From contig CAWCLO010000004.1 of the NCBI GenBank assembly GCA_963796455.1, positions 160,001 through 224,000 of the forward strand: DNA of 64,000 bases. The letters are read 5' to 3'. Positions within the stretch are counted from its first letter, which is position 1; the number at the start of each line of letters is the position of its first letter. The position numbers and the translations under genes were made by a program. Positions 1 to 9,514 of this stretch are shown here, piece after piece. The DNA is from Candidatus Sulfomarinibacteraceae bacterium. Lineage in GTDB: Bacteria > Acidobacteriota > Thermoanaerobaculia > Thermoanaerobaculales > Sulfomarinibacteraceae. The notes beneath the pieces are model-generated. The model did not search any database and had not been told where the DNA came from. It was given only the letters and a program-made list of their open reading frames with translations.

Positions 1-552
1 GGAACCGCTTCGACGGGTGTTTGGGCGGCAGGATTTGGCGTGGTGTCCATGGCGAACCCGCTCCTGCTCGGAATGCAGAATCTGGTCGGGCCCAGGATGG
101 CGCATACCTACGCGGAGGGAGGAAAGAAAGCGTTGGACCGCTACCTGGTGCGCGCAACCCTCCTTTTCACGGGTTTTGTGGCGCCCCTCGCGGTCTTCCT
201 GTTTTTGTTCGCCGATTGGGTTATCGTATTTGTATATGGTGCCGAATATACGGGACGGGGAATCGTGATCATGCCTCTGGCCGTTGATCTCCTTTTAGCG
301 CCTGCCCTGTTTGCGATGTCGCGTGCATTGGTAGTTGTCGATCGCGCAAAGCTCGACTTCTTGACAAATTGGATCTCTCTTATCGTTTTTCTTTCGATTG
401 GTATTCAGCTTGCGGAATCCTACTCGTATTTCGGCGTTGCTCTCGGCGTTGCGATCGGAAAGATCTCCGTGACGATTGCAAAGTTCATCGTGTATGTTTT
501 CGTTGTCAAAAATCCTGAGATGGAAAGACAAATGGTCGATGCAATCGAGTAA
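1..552 (+). CDS. Wzx-type flippase / polysaccharide export protein, C-terminal part (5'-truncated by window)
   Basis: Multi-TM hydrophobic ORF with 'FADWVIVFVYGAEY' and 'YFGVALGVAIG', typical of the flippase C-terminus; heads a polysaccharide locus. Confidence 0.75.
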   Translation, partial: GTASTGVWAAGFGVVSMANPLLLGMQNLVGPRMAHTYAEGGKKALDRYLVRATLLFTGFVAPLAVFLFLFADWVIVFVYGAEYTGRGIVIMPLAVDLLLAPALFAMSRALVVVDRAKLDFLTNWISLIVFLSIGIQLAESYSYFGVALGVAIGKISVTIAKFIVYVFVVKNPEMERQMVDAIE

Positions 553-1858
553 GAATTTAATTACCATCGGCTCCTTGAACAAGATTCCAATCTTGTTCTT
601 TTTTCTCATATTTTCTGTATTTTATATTTCGAGTCATTACAGCAAATATACTCTCGTTTCAGATGACTCGTTTATTCGAGAAGATATGATCCACGATACT
701 GCTTCTGGATCGATTGGTCGAAAGGTGGGTTTTTCTGTTCTCGGTGTTTATGGACTTTATCTCATTCTTTCGAATCGAAAAACGCGATTTAGATCCCGTG
801 GAGCGCTTGGATTTCTGATTCTATGCTTCCTCTGTTGGGCCTCGCTGAGCTTTGTCTGGGCATGGAGCCCTTCACTGGTGTTAAGACGGGTTATTGTGCT
901 GATAAATCTCGCCATAATTGCCCTCGCAACCAGGAAGGTTTTGACGCCGGCTCAGTTTATTTATCTCGTTTTTTCGGTCACGGGTTTATTTCTGTTGATT
1001 GGTTTCGCTGCTGAGTTGAGATACGGAACCTTTGAATTCTTCGGATTTCATCGATTTGCTGGCACGACTCATCCGAATTCTCAAGGAGTCAATTGCGGAC
1101 TCTTTATTCTATCCGGCACGGCATTGTTGGATTATGTAAAGACCCAAAAGCGCCTACTTCTCGTGTTGATCGGGATCGGTTTTCTCTTTTTATTGTTGAC
1201 GAGTTCAAGAACCGCTTTTGCGTCAGCGATGCTCGGGATTTTTGCTTACAAAGCGATGTCTCTCGAGACGACTCGGAAAGTCAGAGTCATGTTTGCCTCG
1301 GCACTGGCCTTACTTGTGGCCGCGACCTATTTTGGTAATAAGTTCTTTCTGGTAATGAAGACCGGCTTGTTGTTCGGGCGGGATGTTGAGTCAGGGGGTG
1401 CCCAGTTAACCGGGAGAGTTCCGGTATTTTTTGAGTGTCTTCGACACCTTCGGGGTCGAGAATTTTTTGGCTATGGTTATCACGGGTTTTGGACGCCGGA
1501 AAGAATCGAAGATATTTCGAGAGAATTAGGCTGGAACGTGCCGAGTGCTCACAACGCATATATCGATATTTTGCTCGAAGTCGGTATTGTTGGACTGTTT
1601 TTATTTGTTGCGGTCACAATCATGAGTTTGGCGTGGTCCCGTCGTATCTTCTTGAAAACCGGAAACGTCGGGTATGCCTTCTTTTTTGCTTTACTGATCG
1701 CCTTTGTTGTTGAGGGAGTTCTGGAATCCATTTATCTGGCGGCAGGATTCCCACAATACGTCATTTTGACTGCGTGTGCCTATGCTGGATTTGCGTGTGT
1801 AGATTTGCAGGAATATTCGAATAAACCTCTTCATAACACGCCTGTGGAAAAAACATGA
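539..1858 (+). CDS. O-antigen ligase / Wzy-like polymerase
   Basis: Many TM segments; 'RFAGTTHPNS', 'LLTSSRTA', 'LTGRV', 'FFGYGY', 'SAHNAYIDILLEVGIVG' Wzy_C motifs; ATG 539 overlaps upstream gene end. Confidence 0.85.
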   Translation: MQSSKNLITIGSLNKIPILFFFLIFSVFYISSHYSKYTLVSDDSFIREDMIHDTASGSIGRKVGFSVLGVYGLYLILSNRKTRFRSRGALGFLILCFLCWASLSFVWAWSPSLVLRRVIVLINLAIIALATRKVLTPAQFIYLVFSVTGLFLLIGFAAELRYGTFEFFGFHRFAGTTHPNSQGVNCGLFILSGTALLDYVKTQKRLLLVLIGIGFLFLLLTSSRTAFASAMLGIFAYKAMSLETTRKVRVMFASALALLVAATYFGNKFFLVMKTGLLFGRDVESGGAQLTGRVPVFFECLRHLRGREFFGYGYHGFWTPERIEDISRELGWNVPSAHNAYIDILLEVGIVGLFLFVAVTIMSLAWSRRIFLKTGNVGYAFFFALLIAFVVEGVLESIYLAAGFPQYVILTACAYAGFACVDLQEYSNKPLHNTPVEKT

Positions 1859-3021
1859 AACTGCTTCAGATCTATAATAAGTACCGGAGTCTTTTTGGTG
1901 GCGAAGAGACGGTGATGTTGCAGATCGCGGATCTTGTTGAACGTCATGGCGGTACCTCAGAGATACTGATGAAGTCGAGTCGTGGACTTGACGATTCTTT
2001 CTTTGGAAAGAGCAAGGCGTTTTTGTCCGGTATCTACAACTCGAAGACGCCGATCGAAGTCATGGAAACGGTGAATGAATTTGAGCCGGATGTTGTCCAT
2101 GTTCATAATCTTTATCCATTATTTTCTCCTTCGATTCTCCCTGCGATCCGGCGTTCCGGCGTGCCGGTGGTGATGACGGTTCACAATCACATTCATACGT
2201 GCCCGCGGGTGGACCATCTGTGTCGGGGTGTCCTGTGCGAACGATGCGTGGGGGGAAAGGAATACCACTGCGTATTGCGGAACTGTCGGGAAAGTATTCC
2301 AGAGAGTGTGGGGTATGCCCTTCGCAGCGCCACGGCGAGAAAGAAAAGGTTGTTCACGGCAAACGTCAGCAAAGCGGTTGCTTTGAATGAGTTCGCCAAG
2401 GGCAGGTTGGTGATGGCCGGTTTTGCTGAAGATCAGGTGGCCGTGATTCCGAACATGGTTGATCTGTCGGAAGAACCGATAGATGCCTCACGGGGCGAGT
2501 ATGCGGTGTTTTCCGGAAGGATGAGTCGTGAGAAGGGCGTGGATGTGCTTCGCGATGCCGCTCGTTTGGTTCCGGAAATTCCTGTGCGGCTGGCGGGTGG
2601 AGGGCCGGAACTCGATCGGTTGCAGGGAGCATCTCCGGAAAACATGTACTTTCTGGGCCAGCTGGATGCTGTAGGTGTTCGAGATTTGTATCGTTCGGCT
2701 CGATTCCATGTGGTTCCGAGCGTTTGGTTCGAAGGATGTCCGTTGGTCATGCTCGAAGCCATGAGTCATGGGCTTCCGATCATCGCTTCACGAATCGGTG
2801 GTCTCGGAGAGATCGTCGAAGATGGTGTCACCGGGTTTCTGTTCGAACCGGGGAACGGAGAAGATCTGGCGGAGAAGATGAGGTTGCTCTGGAACGACCC
2901 GGAACGATGCCGCACGATGGGCGCGGCTGGTCGCGCCAGAGCACAGAAGGAATTTGACGAGAGTACGTTTTGGCGGCGATTGACCAGGGTCTACGACGAC
3001 GTCATGTCGGCTGGATCCTGA
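1855..3021 (+). CDS. Glycosyltransferase family 4
   Basis: 'GGEE', 'PDVVHVHN', 'GRMSREKG', 'EGCPLVMLEAMSHGLPIIASRIGG'; ATGA overlap with upstream gene. Confidence 0.92.
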   Translation: MKLLQIYNKYRSLFGGEETVMLQIADLVERHGGTSEILMKSSRGLDDSFFGKSKAFLSGIYNSKTPIEVMETVNEFEPDVVHVHNLYPLFSPSILPAIRRSGVPVVMTVHNHIHTCPRVDHLCRGVLCERCVGGKEYHCVLRNCRESIPESVGYALRSATARKKRLFTANVSKAVALNEFAKGRLVMAGFAEDQVAVIPNMVDLSEEPIDASRGEYAVFSGRMSREKGVDVLRDAARLVPEIPVRLAGGGPELDRLQGASPENMYFLGQLDAVGVRDLYRSARFHVVPSVWFEGCPLVMLEAMSHGLPIIASRIGGLGEIVEDGVTGFLFEPGNGEDLAEKMRLLWNDPERCRTMGAAGRARAQKEFDESTFWRRLTRVYDDVMSAGS

Positions 3022-3039
3022 GGGGACCGGGGTACTCAG

Positions 3040-4086
3040 ATGGTGAAAAAGGCGACCCAGAGGGCCGGGATGCACCGGAAACGTACCAAATTTTTGGCTC
3101 TGATCTTCGGGTGTTTCGTCGCTCTTATCTGCGCCGAGATCATGGTCAGGGTTCTGGAGCCGAAAAAGGACACCGAGGGGGTTCCTCTTCCGGGGTCTGA
3201 ACGTATTTATGGGTACGAAAAGAACTCGACGGGATTTGCCTGCGGAAAACCTTTTCGAACCAACTCGGACGGATTTCGAGGGCCGGAGATCGAGGGACTG
3301 GATGAAGACCTGATCGTTGTGGCGATCGGAGATTCATACACCTTTGGTTATGGCGTGGCCTATGAGGAGGCTTTTCCGAGCGTGCTCGAATCCAATTTAC
3401 AGGAGACACATCCTGGACGCCTGGTGCGGGTGATCAATCTCGGGATCCCGGGTTACAACACGGCCCAGGCCACGGCATCATTACGCGAGATCTCGTCGAA
3501 GATCACCGTGGATGCGGTGTTGCTCGGTTACCACCTCAACGATATTCAGGAGCCCTACACTTTTTCCGCGGAAGATAGCGGCGGTATTCCCGGCATGCTG
3601 TTTGGATTGCGGGAACATCTTCATGTTCTCAGGGTCATCATGCCGCAGGCGGCACGCCTGGCGCGGGCGATGGGTTGGGATCTCAAGACCACATCGTCGG
3701 TGGAGATCGACCACTATGTGGGCAACAGCGAGGCGTGGCAGAAGAACAAACAGAATCTCCTCGAACTGGCCGCGCTCTGTGATGAGTTGGATGCGAAACT
3801 GGCGGTGGTGGTGCTGCCGTATATCATCCAATTGAACGATCGCCATCCGCCGCGGCCGGCCTACGAAGAGATCGTCAACTTCCTCGAATCAGAGGGCATA
3901 CCTGCTGTCAGCGCATTTGACTATTTCATGGGACGGAATGAACGCGGATTGTGGGTCAGTATCTTTGATGGTCATCCCAATGCCGAAGGCCACCAGCTCA
4001 TGGGGAGCGCTGCCGCCGATCTTCTCGGGAGGCTCGAACCGCTCGAGAATCAGAATCTGTCGGAGGCTGCCGCTGGGGACGAGTAG
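3040..4086 (+). CDS. Membrane-anchored SGNH/GDSL hydrolase family protein
   Basis: N-terminal TM, 'TNSDGFRG', 'IGDSYTFG', 'NLGIPGYNT', 'LND', 'DGHPN'. Confidence 0.85.
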   Translation: MVKKATQRAGMHRKRTKFLALIFGCFVALICAEIMVRVLEPKKDTEGVPLPGSERIYGYEKNSTGFACGKPFRTNSDGFRGPEIEGLDEDLIVVAIGDSYTFGYGVAYEEAFPSVLESNLQETHPGRLVRVINLGIPGYNTAQATASLREISSKITVDAVLLGYHLNDIQEPYTFSAEDSGGIPGMLFGLREHLHVLRVIMPQAARLARAMGWDLKTTSSVEIDHYVGNSEAWQKNKQNLLELAALCDELDAKLAVVVLPYIIQLNDRHPPRPAYEEIVNFLESEGIPAVSAFDYFMGRNERGLWVSIFDGHPNAEGHQLMGSAAADLLGRLEPLENQNLSEAAAGDE

Positions 4087-4102
4087 ACCGGTCGGGAATT
4101 CC

Positions 4103-5653
4103 TCACGGATTCTGATTCGCCGGGGCCTCGTAGATTCGAAATGCCATCAGTTCTTCTGTCTTTGAATAACTATTCGCCTCGATGAAGTCCTGGACACTGC
4201 GTGCCCGGTCGTACACATCGGGTTTGGAGAGAAGAATCAAATCCGGCTCGGGGAGAGTCGTGACCGCACCCGCAACGTGGTTGTCGAGAAAGTAGGCGCA
4301 TTGTCGGGACGGGGTGGGTCCTTCACCGCAGAGGGGAACTGAGTAGTAGGCCGCACAGTTCGGGCCCGCCGACCACCAAACGACTCTTCCCTCTGCCAGT
4401 GCACTCCGGGCAATACGGGCGGCACTTCGATAGTCATCCTTGCGGTGGTCATCGTGAAAACGAAGAAAGAGGCTGGAGCAGAGAAGCGTCAGACCAATCA
4501 GGATCGTGAGCAGGGCCGGGCGACTCTCACGGACGTTGGTTGGGTTGAGGGAAAGCAGGAAAAGGATCAACACAAAAAAAGGAAAAATCCCGGCCAGGTG
4601 CCTGCCCCAAAACGGGAAGGTCTGTACGATGGACAGAACATACACCGCGAGGGTTGTCGACATCGCCACCCCAAGGGCGAGGCTGATGAGTCTGACCATT
4701 TCCGGGAAACGCCGTGCCCGGGCGTTCCGGACGAAAGCAAAAAACGCCGTTCCGTACAAGAAGATGAGCAGCAAACCGCCGACCGCCCGAAACTGCACCA
4801 TGCCGGCGAGCAGTGCGCGGATTCCCCCGGACAAAGCGAGCTCACGCATCTCGTTTCGGCCGGGGCCGAAGCCGGAAAACCCCAGGAACTCATAGAGGGA
4901 AAATGCCAGGCTGCTGAAACCGATTTTCCAGGATGACGTCCAGCCATAGTCCATCCCTCTCGCGAGGGTCACGGCGTAGTATGCGGCGAGTGCTGCGAGA
5001 ACGATCCCGGAAAGCGCTAGACAGATGCCGTCGACCCGATTCGGCTTCCATCCTTTCTTGATCAGGATTGGGGCGCTCACAACAATGACAACCCCAAAGG
5101 GAACAACGGCTATGGCGTTGCTGGCGCACAGAAGAGGACCAAAGAGAAGCAGAGCCCGAACGCCGGTACGCGCATGTTGTTGGCCCGATACGATCGCCGC
5201 AAAGGCGTAGAGAAGTCCCGTTCCCATGGCGATGGTCAAACTGTAGGGGCGGATCTCTCCTCCATAGAGCCACAAAAATGGATGACACGCAAAAAAAGCT
5301 CCGAACCAGGGCATGCCGATCAGGGAACCGGCCCGCCAGGCCAAAAAGACGGCGACTGCGGCCCACAGGGCACTGATGGAGCGGAGACCGAATTCAGATC
5401 GACCGACCACCTTCGATCCGGCCCAGAACGACAGCATGCCGAGGGGCATCAGAGGCTCGGCTCCGCGGTCGACCAGAAAATGGGCGCGAAGATCGTCAAA
5501 TGAATCGGGTTCGGTGTAGGCAATGGAAAACGCCTCGTCAATCCAGATGCTCTGGGTGCTTGGCATCAGGCATACCAGCAAAATGCCCAGCACCAGCCAC
5601 CCGTAGCCTCGGTCCCGAAACTTCGAGAAGAGACCGCCGGACTGAGCCGTCAT
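4103..5653 (-). CDS. Polytopic membrane glycosyltransferase (GT-C/GT39-like)
   Basis: 'SIWIDEAFS', 'SEFGLRSIS', 'GEIRPYS', 'DDYRSAA' motifs; GAGGTG RBS before ATG 5653. Confidence 0.7.
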   Translation of the reverse strand: MTAQSGGLFSKFRDRGYGWLVLGILLVCLMPSTQSIWIDEAFSIAYTEPDSFDDLRAHFLVDRGAEPLMPLGMLSFWAGSKVVGRSEFGLRSISALWAAVAVFLAWRAGSLIGMPWFGAFFACHPFLWLYGGEIRPYSLTIAMGTGLLYAFAAIVSGQQHARTGVRALLLFGPLLCASNAIAVVPFGVVIVVSAPILIKKGWKPNRVDGICLALSGIVLAALAAYYAVTLARGMDYGWTSSWKIGFSSLAFSLYEFLGFSGFGPGRNEMRELALSGGIRALLAGMVQFRAVGGLLLIFLYGTAFFAFVRNARARRFPEMVRLISLALGVAMSTTLAVYVLSIVQTFPFWGRHLAGIFPFFVLILFLLSLNPTNVRESRPALLTILIGLTLLCSSLFLRFHDDHRKDDYRSAARIARSALAEGRVVWWSAGPNCAAYYSVPLCGEGPTPSRQCAYFLDNHVAGAVTTLPEPDLILLSKPDVYDRARSVQDFIEANSYSKTEELMAFRIYEAPANQNP

Positions 5654-5657
5654 CACC

Positions 5658-6891
5658 TCAGCCTCCATCCGCGAGATCCTTTCCTGACCGCCATCCACCA
5701 TCTCTGCTCCACCCGTCCAGGGCAGAAGCCAAGAAAATGGCAACGATACCGATCAACAGAAAATCGAAAGGAATTCGAAATCGGATTCTCGTGAAAAACA
5801 CCGCACTCACGAGGGCATTTCCGAAATACATTGCATAGAGAAAGATCTCAATCCGATCGAGGGGCTTTTCCCTTATTCTGGACAGACGAAAAAGTGCGAT
5901 CAATAGAAGTGGGTAGTAGGTCAAAAAAAGAATGATATTACTCAGACGTGAAGATTCTTCTTCGTTCCACAGTTGATTTCTGAAATTGAAGTAGTTGAAT
6001 ACCTTTTTCCAATAGAGAATCAAAAGCCTTTTTAGGATTTTTTTTGATCCATTTAACAGCGGCCTCGCGGAAGAACTTATCCTCGGCTATTTCGTCCAAT
6101 CCTTCCGGAAATACTTGATCTTCTTCGAAGAGAATATTGACGCCAGAATTTGCAGTTGTTTTTTCAGAGTTCCCAATGAAAAGATTGATCCCTGAATTTG
6201 AGGAAACTGGAATGAACATGTTGAAAATGCGATAGTTGCGAATCGTCCATGGAGCAACAACGAGGACCATGGAAATGATGAAAATTGCTGAATTCTGAAT
6301 TCTCTTCATCGACGATTTTCGGTTCGAATAGAAAATATGAAGAACCACAATTGGCGATACCAAAAGAAACGCGGGCGTAGTCAAAACCAATATGCCGTAA
6401 ACCAAACCGGCAAGAAGGTGCATTGAAGTCTCGAGTGGGTATCGAAGAAGGATATATGTCGACAAAATGAAAAGAAAAGATCCGCAAACTTGTGTATAGA
6501 GAGTGCTTGATATGTAGTAGAAAATTGGGAAAATAAAAATAAGAAAAATAGCGATAATGCCCGATTTTTCTTGAGATCGTCGAACGATCAAGAAAATCAG
6601 AAACGAAATCGCGGTGAGCAGGATGACATTGAAGAATTTTGCGGCAAGTGGACGTTCAATAGACCGGTAGATTATCGACAGGACGAAAGGCCATCCGGGC
6701 GGTCGTTTGGCGGTGGGGGAGCCCTCGGCATTGCTCAATCCGTCGCCTCTGGCAAGGGAGATCCCGAGGTCGTGGTATTCGAGCTCGTCCGGGTAGCGAA
6801 GTCGATCACCCGACATCAGGGCGACGATCGCACCGGCCAGAAATACCGCCCCAAGCGCGGCAACGAGCAGCGGTTTTGCTGAAAAACTCAT
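5658..6891 (-). CDS. ArnT/PMT-like (GT39) membrane glycosyltransferase, split by one frameshift near 6020
   Basis: 'YPDELEY', 'RPPGWP', 'APWTIRNY', 'SSNSGINLFIGN' in 5938-6891; continues as 'ILYWKK...RIRFRIPFD' in 5658-6023. Confidence 0.75.
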
Positions 6892-6927
6892 TCGAATTCG
6901 CCTTCGAGCTTATCAGGTTGGATTGGC

Positions 6928-8229
6928 ATGACCTTCCCCGCAAGGCCTCACTCCGGGTTGATATACTCGCTGGACATTATGATATCGATGGTCAAGCCGC
7001 CGCGAAAGGTGCTTTTTCTGGTCGACACCGATGACGCGAGATTCGTCGACGGCACCAGAGAGAGTGAACACTGGGATGTCGTGACCGAAATTCTGGACTT
7101 TCGGCTTCTCCGGACATCGATTCCTCGGCTTCAACTGATCGTGAAGGAAGAGGATCCGGATTTCATTCTCTATTCGCAGAACGAGCAGGTCGGAAAACGA
7201 GCGATGATCGGTTCGATTCACCAACAACTCGGGCTCGGATATTCCTCAATCAGCGGGATCGACAACGTCGACGAAACGCTTCGGGTGACGCAGATGGAAG
7301 CCTGCTTCGAGGACTTCCTGAAGTGTGGCAGGGCTGTGCCATTGGCCGGGGAACTGGCCTCGGTTCAGAACCCGGACCCCGGAGCGTCCGGTTCCTTTTC
7401 GGTCGTTTTCGACACTGAACAACTCGGCGGTATCCGGTACGGGCTTCCACGCATCCTTCAACTGTTGTCGCAGTACCACGTGCCGGGCACCTTTTTTGTC
7501 ACAGATATCATGAATCGAATCTACACCGATCTCTTCAGCACCCTGGCGGGTCTGGGTCACGAACTGGCTCCTCACGGGCTGTGCCACGAACATCTGGCGC
7601 CGATGTCTGTAGACAGACAGGTGGCCCAGATCGAAGCCATGATCGAGGGTCTCGGCGAGCGACCGACAGGTGGGAATTTCATCTATCGCATGAATATGGA
7701 CACCATCGACGCTATGATTCAGCTTGGTTTTCGCTATTTCGTGTTCTTCGACATGTGTTCCTACCGATTGACGAGCTACTCGAAACGGCCGACGGAGGCC
7801 CGTCTCATCCGACGCGGCGGAGGGACGATCTGGGCGGTGCCGGTCCCGGTGGAGACCTATGGCAGCCCCTGGTTTTCGATAAAGAACATGATCGCGACGG
7901 CCGTGGAACAGGGAAGCCGCAACGAACGACCGCATGTGACGGTGCTGTGTCACCCGTTTCGGGATGGCGGGATTTCGTATTTCGAAACCACCCGTCGAAT
8001 GATCGAGTTTCTACTCGACAGCGGATTGCAGCCGATCACCGTTGCAGACCACGTCGGGCAACTCGATCACGATCCGGCATCGGCGGAAGAACTGGGTTCC
8101 ATTGAAGGCATCCTGAATCCCACTCGCCCCGCACCAGCGCCGCCGTCGAGCATGCGGGACCTCACGGCCCTGGTGCCCCAGACGGCTATCTCGGTTGCCC
8201 GCAAGTTCAGCAGGAGAACGATTTTTTGA
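6928..8229 (+). CDS. Polysaccharide deacetylase (CE4) with N-terminal extension
   Basis: 'VFDTE', 'PGTFFV', 'GHELAPHGLCHE', 'VLCHP'; true start may be 6979 or 6988. Confidence 0.75.
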   Translation: MTFPARPHSGLIYSLDIMISMVKPPRKVLFLVDTDDARFVDGTRESEHWDVVTEILDFRLLRTSIPRLQLIVKEEDPDFILYSQNEQVGKRAMIGSIHQQLGLGYSSISGIDNVDETLRVTQMEACFEDFLKCGRAVPLAGELASVQNPDPGASGSFSVVFDTEQLGGIRYGLPRILQLLSQYHVPGTFFVTDIMNRIYTDLFSTLAGLGHELAPHGLCHEHLAPMSVDRQVAQIEAMIEGLGERPTGGNFIYRMNMDTIDAMIQLGFRYFVFFDMCSYRLTSYSKRPTEARLIRRGGGTIWAVPVPVETYGSPWFSIKNMIATAVEQGSRNERPHVTVLCHPFRDGGISYFETTRRMIEFLLDSGLQPITVADHVGQLDHDPASAEELGSIEGILNPTRPAPAPPSSMRDLTALVPQTAISVARKFSRRTIF

Positions 8230-8257
8230 CGGCCGCGATGCACCCGTGGGAGGTCGA

Positions 8258-9496
8258 ATGGACGACGCGGTCCTGCAAAGATCCTGTGATCGGCTGCTGC
8301 CGGGAACGGTTGGTGCGGTGATGTCCGGGGTATCCGCCGCGCGCACGAAGGCCAAGATCCTGTGCGTCCTGACGTGGAGGCTCGGCGGTGATTCGGGGTC
8401 GTGGAGAGCGTTGCAGGTTGCGGGGGCCTTGCAGGATCTCGGATATGAGGTGATGGTCCACCAGTATGTCACTTCGTCGGTTCCGCAGCCGACCAGTCCG
8501 GTCCCGGCGAGATTCGATTCGATTCCGCGCGAGGTTTTCGAGTTGTCGCGAGCGTCGACACCGTGGCACCACCACCGGATCGTGGCGCAGGACGGTTTCG
8601 ACGTGGTGATCGGCAACAACATGAACGGTGCGGCCTATTCGTTGCTCGGACGCGTGAAGGCTCCGTTGATTCTCGATTGTCACGGTGACATGGTCGCAGA
8701 ACAGGCGATGGATCCCTCCTTCAGCGAGAGACACCTTCCCGCCCGGGTCCTCCGGGGGGCGGTTTACCGTCTGGCTGATGGGGTTACCCGGAAAATGTGT
8801 GACCGGATCACCTGCGTCAGCCGAGAAATGATCAGGCGTCTGGCTGCCCGGGGCGTGCCTCAGGCAAAACTGGTTTACGCCCCCAATTGTGTTGATCTGG
8901 AGTTCTTCCGTCCTCCGGATCCGAGCGAGGTCGAGTCGTTGCGAATTCGCCTCGGCGTCGGTCCTGAACAACTGTTGTTCGGATACCTCGGTATGGCCCA
9001 CCCGTGGCAGGGCATCGAGCAGTTTGTCGAGGCGGCGGAGTGCTCCGAAAACGCGGATCTGGCGTTCCTGCTCGTGGGAATGGAATCAGCCGCCGACCGG
9101 CGCAATCTCCACATCGTCGGCGAGGTCCCGGTTCGGGAGATGCCACTTTTTTATTCGATCTGCGACGTGTGCGTCCTGCCGCGCCCGAGTCACCCGGCGA
9201 CCGATGTCGCGGCCCCGACGAAATTTGTCGAATATGCCGCGATGGAGAAACCGATCATAGCGACCGATGTCGGTGATGCGGCCGAGTTGATTCGCGAGTA
9301 TGGCTGCGGGATTGTGGTCGCAGATAACAGCCTCGCGGAACTCAACCGCGGGTTTGCGGAGATGCTGGCTCTCGGCCCCGACGAACGGCAGAAAATGGGA
9401 CAGGCTGCAAGGCGGATGGCCGAAACCGAGTTTGATTTCAGGATCACCAAGGCCAACCTCGCCCGGTGTATCGAGGAATTGACTGCTGCGACCTGA
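8258..9496 (+). CDS. Glycosyltransferase family 4
   Basis: 'APNCVD', 'YLGMAHPWQG', 'PTKFVEYAAMEKPIIATDVGD'; GGGAGG RBS. Confidence 0.9.
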   Translation: MDDAVLQRSCDRLLPGTVGAVMSGVSAARTKAKILCVLTWRLGGDSGSWRALQVAGALQDLGYEVMVHQYVTSSVPQPTSPVPARFDSIPREVFELSRASTPWHHHRIVAQDGFDVVIGNNMNGAAYSLLGRVKAPLILDCHGDMVAEQAMDPSFSERHLPARVLRGAVYRLADGVTRKMCDRITCVSREMIRRLAARGVPQAKLVYAPNCVDLEFFRPPDPSEVESLRIRLGVGPEQLLFGYLGMAHPWQGIEQFVEAAECSENADLAFLLVGMESAADRRNLHIVGEVPVREMPLFYSICDVCVLPRPSHPATDVAAPTKFVEYAAMEKPIIATDVGDAAELIREYGCGIVVADNSLAELNRGFAEMLALGPDERQKMGQAARRMAETEFDFRITKANLARCIEELTAAT

Positions 9497-9514
9497 CCGC
9501 GCCGCCGGATGAAA

